Part shown: positions 33,596-43,699 of the stretch, piece by piece | Numbering within the stretch: position 1 is the stretch's first letter | Layout of the letters: the number at the start of each line of letters is the position of its first letter | Source: a virus | Direction: 5' to 3' (one strand) | DNA: 64,000 bases | IMG/VR virus record: IMGVR_UViG_3300036985_009306 | Span: 128,144 to 192,143 of that record | The notes under the pieces: generated by a model | What the model saw: the letters and a program-made list of their open reading frames with translations, nothing else | Databases searched by the model: none | What the model was told of the DNA's origin: nothing | Translations under genes and position numbers: made by a program

Positions 33596-35236
33596 ATGGA
33601 TAAAGCATTAACTCTTAATCTAGATATATTAAGACCTCTTATTCATGTTGTAACAGAAGAAGAGGATAGACTTATAAAAGATATTTATGAAGCAACAAAG
33701 GCTAATTCTCAAATTTTTGTTTATAGAACTACAACAGGCATTGTCAGTTACTCAGACTATGAAAAAGAAGCAGACAAAAAAGAAGATATAGTCAATATAG
33801 GAACAATGCCCATTCATGAAGCTCTTAAAGAAATACAAAAAAATCAATCTACAGAAAAAAGAATCATTTATATTTTGCTTGATATTGATCAGAATCTTCA
33901 AGAAACTCAAGCAACAAATTTTCAGACTATTAGGAAATTAAAAGACATAGTTTTAAATATCTATCATGATTTTACTCATTTAAAATCTATTATTTTGGTT
34001 TCTTCTTCACTTTGTATTCCTCAAAAGCTTCTTAGATATTCTGAAGTTATCTTTTATGATTTACCCAAGGATGATGATATTAATGAAAAAGTAAAATATT
34101 TACTTGATGAATACAACTCGGTATCAGATGAGAAAGTTCCGACTGATGTTCATGAGACTATCAAAAGAGGTCTTAAAGGATTGACTTTGTTTGAAATAGA
34201 ACAAATAGTGATGGGGTCATTAAAGAAAAAGAAAACATTAGCAATAGAAGAAATAAATACATATAAGAAGACAATATTAAAGAAAACAGATCTTCTTGAT
34301 ACAATGGAGACTAATGTAACATTTGATCAAGTTGGTGGGTTAAATAGATTAAAAAATTGGTTAGACAAAAGACAAGAATTATGGTCTGACCATGCAATAA
34401 AACTCAACATTCCTATTGTCAAAGGCGTTCTTATTATCGGGATAACAGGATGTGGCAAATCTTTGACAGCAAAAGCAATTGGTAATCAATGGGGATTGCC
34501 TTTAATTGCTTTTACTCCTAGTAAGATATTTTCACCAAGAGTTGGTGAGAGTGAAATGAGAATAGGAAAGGCTTTTAAAATAATTGAGAGTGCAGCCCCA
34601 TGCGTTGTGATGATAGATGAAATAGAAAAACAATTTGCAGGTAGTCAGAGTTCTACTTTTAGTGATGCTGGAACAACAGCAAGAGTGATTGGTTCATTTT
34701 TGACATGGTATGAAGATTGTACTGCACCTGTTTTTATTGTTGCAACATGTAATAGTATTCAATATTTGCCCCCTGAACTTATAGGTCGTTTTGATGATAA
34801 GTTTTTTGTTCCTTTGCCTTCTATTAATGATAGAGCAGTAATTTACGATATTCATTTAAGAAGATATGGCAGAGATCCTTTAGCTTTAGGAATAAATATT
34901 CAGCAACTTGCTACAAAAAGTCCTTGTTTTACAGGAAGAGAGATAATGCAAGTTGTAAAAGCAGGTTTGATTGAGATGTGGCATGAAATAAGAACTACTG
35001 GTAAGGAAATACAACTTAATCAAGATCATCTTCTTAAGGTTTTAGGTTCTAAAGTCCCAATGCAAAAAACTATGGAAGAAGAGTTAAATTATCTTGTTCA
35101 ATGGGTTGGTTGGGATAAAGAGAAAAATGATGGTATTAGAGCTAATTATGCAAGTGAGAGAGAAGATGACATTGATATGTTGTTTACAGAGATTTTGTCT
35201 AAGGAAAGTGTTTTAGATAAAAACAAAAGAAGATGA
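33596..35236 (+). CDS. Ycf46-like AAA+ ATPase
   Basis: FDQVGGLNRLKNWL, Walker A GITGCGKS, Walker B MIDEIEK, PPELIGRFD, FTGREI. Confidence 0.88.
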   Translation: MDKALTLNLDILRPLIHVVTEEEDRLIKDIYEATKANSQIFVYRTTTGIVSYSDYEKEADKKEDIVNIGTMPIHEALKEIQKNQSTEKRIIYILLDIDQNLQETQATNFQTIRKLKDIVLNIYHDFTHLKSIILVSSSLCIPQKLLRYSEVIFYDLPKDDDINEKVKYLLDEYNSVSDEKVPTDVHETIKRGLKGLTLFEIEQIVMGSLKKKKTLAIEEINTYKKTILKKTDLLDTMETNVTFDQVGGLNRLKNWLDKRQELWSDHAIKLNIPIVKGVLIIGITGCGKSLTAKAIGNQWGLPLIAFTPSKIFSPRVGESEMRIGKAFKIIESAAPCVVMIDEIEKQFAGSQSSTFSDAGTTARVIGSFLTWYEDCTAPVFIVATCNSIQYLPPELIGRFDDKFFVPLPSINDRAVIYDIHLRRYGRDPLALGINIQQLATKSPCFTGREIMQVVKAGLIEMWHEIRTTGKEIQLNQDHLLKVLGSKVPMQKTMEEELNYLVQWVGWDKEKNDGIRANYASEREDDIDMLFTEILSKESVLDKNKRR

Positions 35237-35239
35237 TGG

Positions 35240-35536
35240 GTGGTTTTAATGGATTTCGAATTTGTTGTTATTGATACTGAAGAGGTGATTAGGGTATATC
35301 CTTCTGTTTTCGAGCATATACCTCAAAGATGTGAAATTGTTACTATAGATGACCAAAAATATACAGTAAATAATGTTGAAACTAAATATAAAAAAACTGA
35401 ACTTAATAGACACCAAGTAGAGAAAGATAGATTTGATGACTATCTAGTAAGACGTACTCCAGGTAGTATTAGTTGTGTTAAAACAATCATTTATTTAGAA
35501 AAATATGATGATCAAAAACAAAGGCAAATCATGTAG
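35240..35536 (+). CDS. hypothetical protein
   Basis: ORF tiling. Confidence 0.55.
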   Translation: MVLMDFEFVVIDTEEVIRVYPSVFEHIPQRCEIVTIDDQKYTVNNVETKYKKTELNRHQVEKDRFDDYLVRRTPGSISCVKTIIYLEKYDDQKQRQIM

Positions 35537-35738
35537 TGGTTGTTCAGAACCAGCATTTTGTAAAGGATATTGTACAAAACATTATCAACAGATAAAATTT
35601 CATGGAAAGATAAAAGAGAAAGAAACTCATTTGACAGTATCTGGATTTTGTAAAAATTTAGGTTGTGGAAAACTAGTTTTTGCAAAAGGATTTTGTCAAA
35701 ATTGTTATACAAAACAAAGATTAAAGGAAAATGTTTAA
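35505..35738 (+). CDS. small protein with two C-x-C...KG.C..[HC]Y zinc-binding repeats
   Basis: CSGCSEPAFCKGYCTKHY and CKNLGCGKLVFAKGFCQNCY. Confidence 0.6.
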   Translation: MMIKNKGKSCSGCSEPAFCKGYCTKHYQQIKFHGKIKEKETHLTVSGFCKNLGCGKLVFAKGFCQNCYTKQRLKENV

Positions 35739-35796
35739 CTTATCTAATCATGGTTTTAAATATTTCCAGGGTTCATATTTCTAAGGGGAAAAAAGA

Positions 35797-36303
35797 ATGA
35801 AAATTAATGAGTGGGTTTGTGAAGCTCTATTAAGAAGAGGAATTAGAGTAAACAATGATGGTTCACTGGACGTTTGTTTCTCAGGTGATCAAATTCAACA
35901 TGTCACTGATCTAGATGCTGCAATTAGACAACAGAAGCACATTATAGATCAACAAAAAGACGAACAGAAAGAAAATGAAGAAATAGGAATTTTGATGAGG
36001 AAATTTCATGAAACTGTGTTAGAGATGACAAAAATGACTATGAAACAGCTTACTACAGAAAAAAAGTTTAAGAATGAACTTTCTGAAGTTCTTGTGATTA
36101 TGTCAAGAAAGAAAAATGACTTAAGGAAAGATGGTTACAACAGGCTTAATAAAGTTATGAAAATGATCGATAAAAGCAATCTTCCTGCAGCAAATTTAGC
36201 AAGTCAGGCTGCTTTAGATAGGATGAGAAGAAGATGGCTGGTGAATGAAAAGGTCATTGATAAATCTTTAGCAAGATTGCAAGCACTTAAAGAATTAAAA
36301 TAG
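35797..36303 (+). CDS. hypothetical protein
   Basis: 168-aa ORF. Confidence 0.7.
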   Translation: MKINEWVCEALLRRGIRVNNDGSLDVCFSGDQIQHVTDLDAAIRQQKHIIDQQKDEQKENEEIGILMRKFHETVLEMTKMTMKQLTTEKKFKNELSEVLVIMSRKKNDLRKDGYNRLNKVMKMIDKSNLPAANLASQAALDRMRRRWLVNEKVIDKSLARLQALKELK

Positions 36304-36335
36304 TATTTTACAATTATAGAGAAAGATGGTAAAAT

Positions 36336-37226
36336 ATGGAACTGGAACCTGGGAAACTAATTACAGGTATTTTTACAATCGAGAAAATTTCAATTAGTGA
36401 GCATCTTGCAGAAATTGAATTAAATGATGGAACTACTAAAATAATTGGGCTTTTGAAAGACAATGTAGATCTTTTTTCAAAAACATATTTTATTGGTGAG
36501 AAAGTTGTTTGTAAAGGAAAAGTAAGGAAAAGAAGAAAAAATAATTGTCTTGATATAATTTATATTTCAAAAAACATGTTAGATACTCAAATTAATAAAA
36601 AATTTAATTCAGAAGTGTATGTTGAAAGATTTCATGAATTAGTTTCTAATGTTGAGGATCCAGATTATAAAAGTATTTTAGATAATTGTTTTAATGATGA
36701 TGTAAAAGAGTTATACTTTACATATCCTGCAGCAAAGGGTAATCATCATAATTATGTTCATGGTTTGTTGCAACACAGTGTTGAAGTTGTTGATATTAGT
36801 TTGTTTCTTGCAAAATATTTCAAAGCAAATAAAGATTTATTAATTTGTGCTGGGCTTTTGCATGATATAGGAAAATTAAAATCATATGATGTAGAAAGTG
36901 GTTTTAAAGTTATAAAAACAGACTGGGAAGGGTTGTTAGGACATTTAACTATTTCAGCTCTTTTTGTTTCAAGGATTATACATTCTGAAGTAAATCAAAA
37001 TAAAGCCATGTTACTTTATCATCTTATTTTAAGTCATCATGGTAGTCTAGAAAATGGTAGTCCTGTAGTTTGCAAGACAAAAGAGTCATATATTCTTAGC
37101 AAAGCTGATGAATTGAGTAGTGCTTTAAATCATATAGATTTATTAAGTTATAATGGTTCATGGTCTGAAGAAGATAATAAAACATCATTTAAACGATCTT
37201 GGTATAGAGGAATAGAAAATGTCTGA
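36336..37226 (+). CDS. YhaM/Cbf1-like 3'-5' exoribonuclease (OB + HD domains)
   Basis: AAKGNHHNYVHGLLQHS, LLHDIGK, GH, ILSHHG, ADELS. Confidence 0.85.
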   Translation: MELEPGKLITGIFTIEKISISEHLAEIELNDGTTKIIGLLKDNVDLFSKTYFIGEKVVCKGKVRKRRKNNCLDIIYISKNMLDTQINKKFNSEVYVERFHELVSNVEDPDYKSILDNCFNDDVKELYFTYPAAKGNHHNYVHGLLQHSVEVVDISLFLAKYFKANKDLLICAGLLHDIGKLKSYDVESGFKVIKTDWEGLLGHLTISALFVSRIIHSEVNQNKAMLLYHLILSHHGSLENGSPVVCKTKESYILSKADELSSALNHIDLLSYNGSWSEEDNKTSFKRSWYRGIENV

Positions 37227-38124
37227 CGATGACGGTATTGAATCAAAGCAAATTATAGCTAATCCAATTGATACATTAATCGAAGAAGATAAAGATTCGG
37301 TTATATCAAAGTACATTAATCCAAGAGCAAATTGTGTTTGTTGTAATCTGCCTACTATTGCTACAAAAATAAATAAAGCATATCTTTCTGGATCTTCGTA
37401 TAAACAAATAATAGAAGAATTTTCTGAAGAAGTTAATATTGCATGTGGAAAGAAGTTAGAATTGTTTCAAGTTTCTGAACACTTTTCTAAGCACTTTGAT
37501 TGTACTGGTGCTGCAATAGCTGAGTTTAATAGAAAAATGGGCTTGAATAAGTTACCTGCTATTGAACAAAAAGAAATGAAGGATATTTTCTCTGTTTTAA
37601 CTCAAAGAAGAATAAATGATTTAGAGTTATTAGAACTTTCAATGAAAGAACAAATAAAAAGATTACAAGAATTAGAAACAATAAAGAATGACAGGATTAA
37701 AGAAGGGAGGACTTTTAATCTCGAAAATTTGATAATGAAGCAAGAAATGATCATGAATAATCTTCAAATGAATGTGATTGGTAAATTGAAGATGTGGTCT
37801 AAAGCAATGCTTCAAAATAAACAAGCTGAATTTTTGGACCGTCAATTGCAGTTTTTAGATACAAAGACTGCAGATTTTCTTGGTTTACAATCAGAGGCAG
37901 TGAATCCTGCTCTTTTTAAAGAAGCAGAGAAGCTTTATTTAAAAACTGTTATAGAGAGTGTAATTAAGAGGATAAAGTCTTCTGTTGATTGTGCTTTATC
38001 TATTGATCAACATGAAAAAGCACAATTTTATAAAGAGTTTCAAAGAGAATTGTCTGGGATAGAAGAAGAAATTAATAAAACATTTGAAGCAAGAGTACGA
38101 GAGCTTAAAGAAATAAGAACTTAA
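37219..38124 (+). CDS. hypothetical helical protein
   Basis: 301-aa ORF with CVCC motif. Confidence 0.75.
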   Translation: MSDDDGIESKQIIANPIDTLIEEDKDSVISKYINPRANCVCCNLPTIATKINKAYLSGSSYKQIIEEFSEEVNIACGKKLELFQVSEHFSKHFDCTGAAIAEFNRKMGLNKLPAIEQKEMKDIFSVLTQRRINDLELLELSMKEQIKRLQELETIKNDRIKEGRTFNLENLIMKQEMIMNNLQMNVIGKLKMWSKAMLQNKQAEFLDRQLQFLDTKTADFLGLQSEAVNPALFKEAEKLYLKTVIESVIKRIKSSVDCALSIDQHEKAQFYKEFQRELSGIEEEINKTFEARVRELKEIRT

Positions 38125-38139
38125 AGTATAGGTGGAATT

Positions 38140-38433
38140 ATGGGGACAACTTTTAGATCATCCAAAGGCGAAATACCTGAAATAGATCCTGCTAGACTTG
38201 ATTTGATTGTTTCTTTATTGACGACTTTTGAGTCTAATGACTTACATACTAGAAATGCAATTAATTTTAAATATGATAGAAGTTCTGATTATGTTTTCTT
38301 GGAAATACTTGCAATTCATAATGGCATGAATCTTATAGATTATGTTTTGGGATATGACAGAGAAAAAGTAGTAAATGTTTGCAAGAGTATTCTTGAATAT
38401 TTTTCTCTTAAAAAAAGTGAACAAAATGGATAA
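38140..38433 (+). CDS. hypothetical protein
   Basis: AGGTGG RBS. Confidence 0.65.
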   Translation: MGTTFRSSKGEIPEIDPARLDLIVSLLTTFESNDLHTRNAINFKYDRSSDYVFLEILAIHNGMNLIDYVLGYDREKVVNVCKSILEYFSLKKSEQNG

Positions 38434-39229
38434 AAAAATTCTTTTACTTAGTAAAGAAGAACCTTTTTCTAAGCATATTGAGAACTGTTTGAAAGATGAT
38501 ACATTGGATGTGGAATGTTCTAATTCATTCTTAGTCAAAATTCCACCAAACATTGTTATTATAAATTTCTTTTCGTTTAATGAAAAAGAAATTGAAAGTA
38601 TGCAAAAACAAGTAGATTTTGTTCTTAAGAGTAATGTAGAAAAAGTAATTCTATTAGAAAATGCTTTAAATCTTTATTTGAATAGTAAGAATTCATTACC
38701 TTTTAGTGTATATACTCAGCTTATTCCTAAAAATGATATTTGCAAGTTTTATTTAGAGATAGAAAAGAGAATAATAGAATCAAAAAAACCTCATGTAATT
38801 TTTAGAATTTCTGAAATATATGGGATTTCTTCTCCTCATAGTCTTATAAATAAGCTGCTATTTGTAAAATCAGGAGAGTTTGAAAATTCTTGTCATGACT
38901 TTATATATGATGGAGATGTATTGAGTGCAATAGAGGTTTCTTTAAGAAAAGAAGTTAAAGGTCTGTTTGATATTGCAAGTGGTCAGTCTATAGAGTTAAG
39001 GAAATTAGTAGAACTAATAAAAAGAACAAGATCTGACAATTTTAATATACGATGGAAACGAAGATTTTGGCAGAAAAAAATGGAAATAAAGTTCAATTGT
39101 GATAACTTCAAATATTATAAATGGGCTCCATTAGTCGATATAGAATTGGGCCTCAAAACACTTTTTAATCTATCTAAGGAGAGTTCAAGATGTCTTACCA
39201 AGCCCCTACAACAGCATCGGAACGTATAA
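38426..39229 (+). CDS. degenerate NAD-dependent epimerase/dehydratase-like protein
   Basis: IFRISEIYG, HDFIYDGD, LFDIASGQSI extended-SDR C-terminal motifs; no clear GxxGxxG or YxxxK. Confidence 0.55.
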   Translation: MDKKILLLSKEEPFSKHIENCLKDDTLDVECSNSFLVKIPPNIVIINFFSFNEKEIESMQKQVDFVLKSNVEKVILLENALNLYLNSKNSLPFSVYTQLIPKNDICKFYLEIEKRIIESKKPHVIFRISEIYGISSPHSLINKLLFVKSGEFENSCHDFIYDGDVLSAIEVSLRKEVKGLFDIASGQSIELRKLVELIKRTRSDNFNIRWKRRFWQKKMEIKFNCDNFKYYKWAPLVDIELGLKTLFNLSKESSRCLTKPLQQHRNV

Positions 39230-39486
39230 AGAGTTTTAATGAATTTGTTGAAGAATTTAGGACTGAATATGTTAATCTTACAGAAAAACGAAAAAAAGTG
39301 TCTGCTTATAGATCAAGAAAAGCATTGCTTTGTATAGCAAAATTAACTAGATTTATAAGAAATGATATTAAAGTTTATGCTGAAACTCTTTCAAAAAAAT
39401 CAGAAATTTCGGTTTTTTCTGAAGAAACAGCACTTCCTGAACAAAATGTAAATGTTCCAACATCTGAAGCAGATAAAAAAGAATAA
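39190..39486 (+). CDS. possible Hc1-like DNA-binding protein
   Basis: SAYRSRKALLCIAKLTRFIRNDI pattern. Confidence 0.4.
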   Translation: MSYQAPTTASERIKSFNEFVEEFRTEYVNLTEKRKKVSAYRSRKALLCIAKLTRFIRNDIKVYAETLSKKSEISVFSEETALPEQNVNVPTSEADKKE

Positions 39487-39520
39487 TTTTTTATACATTT
39501 TTTGATGGAGAAAAAATAAC

Positions 39521-39946
39521 ATGTCTTCTTACAATGTACCTATGTTGAATAAGGTTTTTATTATCGGTACTGTTGTCAATGTTCCAAGAGTGAGCTTGAC
39601 AAACAACAACAAAATAAAAGTGGCAAATTTTAGAATTGCTTGTGGAAGAAAGTTCAGAACAAAGAATGGACTTTTAAAAGAAGAAGTTTGCTATGTGAGT
39701 GTCACATCGTGGTTGAAACTTGCAGAAGTATGTGAAAACAATCTTGTGCAGGGTGACAAAGTGTATGTAGAAGGTGCTCTACAAAGCAAACAATTAGGTG
39801 ATAGCAAAATGACCGTTGTTGAAATTTTAGCTGATAGGATACAAATTCTCACTCCTAAAAGAATAATAACCAATTCTTCAAAAAATGAAGAGACATACAC
39901 AGAGGAGGTTGAAGTAATAGATGAAGAAACTAAAAGCCAAGTCTAA
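39521..39946 (+). CDS. ssb: single-stranded DNA-binding protein
   Basis: NKVFIIG, VANFRIA, GDKVYVEGALQ, EILADRIQ, acidic tail. Confidence 0.9.
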   Translation: MSSYNVPMLNKVFIIGTVVNVPRVSLTNNNKIKVANFRIACGRKFRTKNGLLKEEVCYVSVTSWLKLAEVCENNLVQGDKVYVEGALQSKQLGDSKMTVVEILADRIQILTPKRIITNSSKNEETYTEEVEVIDEETKSQV

Positions 39947-40072
39947 AAAAGAGTTGGAGAAAATTAATAAAATTATAAATGATGGGAAACCACTAGATCC
40001 AAAATGGAAAAAATTGGGTGAACTAATTGCCGAAGAATTAAATTTTAGAATTGCTCATGCAAGATCTCCAAT

Positions 40073-40975
40073 ATGGTGGCGATAAAAATGAAACTAGAAA
40101 ACATCTCAGTAGAAAAAATCGACTTAATACCATCTTTTAATGTTCGAATTGAATTTGGAGATGATGAAACTAAAGATTTAAAAGAGAGCATTAGAACTAC
40201 AGATGGCAATATTCAACCTATTTTAGTATGTCAAAAGAATGACAGATTTGAACTTATTTCTGGTGAAAGAAGACTTAAAGCTCTTAAAGATTTGGGTAGA
40301 GCTACAGCATCTTGTATTGTTTATGATAATCTGACTGATCTGCAAAAAAGTCAATTAATGTATAATGAAAATCTTGGAAGAAAGAATTTGTCATGGAAAG
40401 AAGAAGTAAAAGCAATAAAAAAACTCAAGACTTTAGGTTTTGATATTAGTGCAGAAACTATAGCTGTACATAAAAACGTTTCTAAAGGTGTGGCTTGGAA
40501 TTTGTTAGAAGCTCTTCAAGCTGTTGAAGAATTTCCTGAACTTATTAATGAAAAAACTAGAAGAAATTGTATAGAACGTTATAAACAGATAAAGAAATTA
40601 GAAAAAGAGAAACAAGAAGGTATAAAAGAACGAAAAATAACAATTAAAGAAGCTTTGACATCAGATAAAATTGTAAGACAGAGAAATATAGAGACAATGG
40701 TAATTGAAGAGTTAAAACAAGAAGTAAGTCATTATAAAGAGAAACTTGGTGATATTTATGGTTTGATTAAACAATTGGATAAAATTGAGAGATTAAGCCA
40801 AGGAGTATGGCTTTCTGAAGAAATTAGACAATTGATTGAAGCTGCAAGATCTTGTGAAACATTTGGAAAATTAGATGAAAAAGATAAAGAATGCATAGAA
40901 TGTCAAAAAGAGACATCTGGTAATTATGCAAAATGCGAATTTTATCGGGATGAGTTTGAAGTTAACAAGAAATAA
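40073..40975 (+). CDS. ParB/Srx N-terminal domain protein
   Basis: LKESI...IQPILV...ISGERRLKALK...ENLGRKNLS. Confidence 0.85.
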   Translation: MVAIKMKLENISVEKIDLIPSFNVRIEFGDDETKDLKESIRTTDGNIQPILVCQKNDRFELISGERRLKALKDLGRATASCIVYDNLTDLQKSQLMYNENLGRKNLSWKEEVKAIKKLKTLGFDISAETIAVHKNVSKGVAWNLLEALQAVEEFPELINEKTRRNCIERYKQIKKLEKEKQEGIKERKITIKEALTSDKIVRQRNIETMVIEELKQEVSHYKEKLGDIYGLIKQLDKIERLSQGVWLSEEIRQLIEAARSCETFGKLDEKDKECIECQKETSGNYAKCEFYRDEFEVNKK

Positions 40976-41136
40976 ATATGTTTAAAAAAAACAAAAAAGA
41001 AAAAGAAGAGGAAGATAATGCAAAAACCTTTTATTGGGAATCTGGTGAAGAAGATATTATAACAAAAAATGTAGACTATAGAGTTCTAATAAAGAAAGAA
41101 AGACCTCATCTTCCGAGAGAATAATATGGTGACAAC

Positions 41137-41367
41137 ATGTTCGTTTATAAAGATTATAAAGTTGTTTTCGAGAAGTTTTTGAGTGGTTATCGACCTATAG
41201 TAATAGGAAAAGATGAAACTAGAAAAATTTTTTTATATATGCAAGATAAGCAAGTTGAATTATATGAAGTAATGTTGTCTAAAATCAAATTTAAAGAAGA
41301 CGTATCTTTTGACTTGTTTGTAATGATAGTTTCGGGTTGTGCAAAATACTCAATATATTATGATTAA
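41137..41367 (+). CDS. hypothetical protein
   Basis: ORF. Confidence 0.5.
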   Translation: MFVYKDYKVVFEKFLSGYRPIVIGKDETRKIFLYMQDKQVELYEVMLSKIKFKEDVSFDLFVMIVSGCAKYSIYYD

Positions 41368-41418
41368 GTTTATTTTAAAAATGTATATAATTGATCTACC
41401 ATGTGTAGAAACAGTTAC

Positions 41419-41452
41419 GATGCCGTCTCCTGTGGGGGCGGCATCAGCTTTT
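41419..41452 (+). terminator. intrinsic terminator
   Basis: GATGCCG(TCTC)...(GGGG)CGGCATC followed by AGCTTTTT. Confidence 0.7.
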
Positions 41453-41801
41453 TAAAAAGGAATTAGATATGAAAAGTTTGGATGACATAAGACTTTGGTT
41501 GGATAGTTATGCAGGTGAGTTTGCTCCTTATGATATTCCAGGACACAAATTTTGTATTGAAGGTATGGAGATTCAGCATGGTGGTCCTTTAGATAAAGCA
41601 GTGATTTTTAAATTGGGAAGTGAAATATTAGAGGAGTGATAAGTAATGGCTGTGATAGAAGAAAAGTTTTAAAAATGAGTGATATTCTAGATTTTATTTC
41701 AGGTATTGTATCTGCATCATCAAATGCTTGTCTAGAAAGTTCAGGATCTAGCATAAGTACTGATGCATTTTTTCACCCTTTATCTACTGGAGGAGATGAA
41801 G

Positions 41802-42230
41802 ATGAGTAGTAACATGGACTTAAGACAAGTAGAATCTTTTATTCAAGATAACATCAAAAATTATCGAGATCAATTTCAGAAGGACGCAAATACCTTTACT
41901 GAGGTTTTGAAAAAGGAATATGAAACCATTAAGGTATCATTAAATGGTATGATAGACGGCCTCGTAGATAGGTTCAATAAACAAACTAAGGAAAACTTGG
42001 ATAGGGAGAGAGATGCTTTTTCAAAGAGCATAATGGATACATTTGAACAGATGATGCAGTCTATGCTTCAGGATTTTGAATGGAAAGGAAATAAACGTTT
42101 GGAGTTGGCAAAAAAACAAATAATGAGTGATATACAAATTTATTTAAAAGACTATATTGAAGAGAATTCTAAAGAAATAATAAAATCATTCTTTTTTAAG
42201 AAGAAAAAGAAGACAAATGGAAAAACATGA
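41802..42230 (+). CDS. hypothetical helical protein
   Basis: GGAGGAG RBS. Confidence 0.7.
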   Translation: MSSNMDLRQVESFIQDNIKNYRDQFQKDANTFTEVLKKEYETIKVSLNGMIDGLVDRFNKQTKENLDRERDAFSKSIMDTFEQMMQSMLQDFEWKGNKRLELAKKQIMSDIQIYLKDYIEENSKEIIKSFFFKKKKKTNGKT

Positions 42231-42414
42231 AATTTGTAGTTCTGTGATCTCTTTAGAAAATGAAGTAGAATTTTTAAAGGAGAACAATTTATCTTATCTT
42301 TCAAGAAAAAGGCAATTGAACAAATTATATTTACAATTAAAGTCAATTTCAACATTAGAAAAGGAGCATGAAAATGAAGATGACAGTCAGTACATGGCTT
42401 TCGATGGCCACTAA
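42217..42414 (+). CDS. hypothetical protein
   Basis: ORF tiling. Confidence 0.45.
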   Translation: MEKHEICSSVISLENEVEFLKENNLSYLSRKRQLNKLYLQLKSISTLEKEHENEDDSQYMAFDGH

Positions 42415-42661
42415 TTTGAGAACAAGATTAAAAGATATAGAACAGATGAAAGAATCTTCTGCTATATCTAAGGAATATAGGTATATGGAAAAAGATGTCA
42501 AGGAAACACCCGTTTATAATATTAAAGAACTTGACAAAAAGTCTGTTGAGATTCATAACGCACTTTTCTTAATTGATAGCGAAATTAAATCATCAAATGC
42601 AAGAACAGAAATTGATCTTCCTACAGTTGATTATAGCAAACTAATGGAAGCTGTTCAGTAA
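42368..42661 (+). CDS. hypothetical coiled-coil protein
   Basis: AAGGAG RBS. Confidence 0.7.
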   Translation: MKMKMTVSTWLSMATNLRTRLKDIEQMKESSAISKEYRYMEKDVKETPVYNIKELDKKSVEIHNALFLIDSEIKSSNARTEIDLPTVDYSKLMEAVQ

Positions 42662-42982
42662 AAAATATTTTTAAAGTTTATCCTGATCAAAAAATGAGAG
42701 AGAATAACTAGAAGATAAATCTTTGAAATCTCTATTGATTTGAAATTTTACGAACTATGGTCGTCTTTGTAGGAAACCCTTTATTATTATTGATAAGTCC
42801 TACAAGACAAGACAATTTATTTGTTGTAATTATTTATTAACAATTTCTAAATTTTCAATTCTTTAGAGCGTTATTCTCTTTCTTTCACTCTTCAAATTAT
42901 TTTCCTTTCTTTTTTGTTTTCTACCACAAGATTTTAGTATAAGAATTAGTCGAATAAACAATGACATTCCAAGGAGGTAATT

Positions 42983-43381
42983 GTGTGGCAGCAAGATAAA
43001 CAAGAAGCGATGGTTACAAAATTCGAAGGTATTTATTCTAAACAAGAAGAGTTTGAAAATTTACTTATTTTTAAGAGCAAATCTTTACCTGATAAGTTAC
43101 TTAAAAATTTTGATCAAAAGGAAAAGACAGCATTTAGTAAAGAACTTGCACTTTTGCTTCATCAAGAAATAAGTGAATTTATTAATGCCGTAGGAAATTA
43201 TAAATTGCATAAAATACAGCAAGATGGCAAAAGCGTAAAAGAAATTAAAGAAGAAATAGCTGACATGTTTATTTTTGTTCTTGATATGGCTTTGACTCAT
43301 AATATGACTGCCGAAGAACTTCTCAATGAAGTAATCAAGAAACAAGACAAGAATTTTGAGAGACAACGAACTGGTTATTAA
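42983..43381 (+). CDS. MazG-like/all-alpha dNTP pyrophosphatase
   Basis: QEISEF...KEEIADMFIF...KQDKNFERQ. Confidence 0.75.
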   Translation: MWQQDKQEAMVTKFEGIYSKQEEFENLLIFKSKSLPDKLLKNFDQKEKTAFSKELALLLHQEISEFINAVGNYKLHKIQQDGKSVKEIKEEIADMFIFVLDMALTHNMTAEELLNEVIKKQDKNFERQRTGY

Positions 43382-43474
43382 AGACTGCTTTCTGACAATT
43401 TCGTCTTATACAACAAGTGTGAAATTTTGTGAAAAATTGTAACAATATGTTTATACATTAATTATAATTATACC

Positions 43475-43699
43475 ATGGCAAAAAATAAAATATTGGCTTC
43501 ATTGAGAATATCTGATGATATACATTCACAGTTACTTAAGACTGCTGAAGAAGATGAGAGACCACTTCAAAGTCAAGTAAGATGGTTGATAAGTCTTGGA
43601 CTTAAAACAAGGAAAAAACTTTTAGAACCCAATGAAGAACAAAGGAGAAAGCATGTCAGCAACTTCAGAAGTAAAAAAGATATTGCAACAGTACCCTAA
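43475..43699 (+). CDS. Arc-like ribbon-helix-helix DNA-binding protein
   Basis: SLRISDDIHSQLLKTAEEDERPLQSQVRWLI. Confidence 0.7.
   Translation: MAKNKILASLRISDDIHSQLLKTAEEDERPLQSQVRWLISLGLKTRKKLLEPNEEQRRKHVSNFRSKKDIATVP

Noticed and set aside
41390-41412. Solitary Cas12a-like repeat (TCTAC...GTAGA) as an RNA anti-CRISPR
   Set aside because: Only the 5-bp stem matches; the conserved AATTT 5' flank and terminal T are absent; a chance match is likely.
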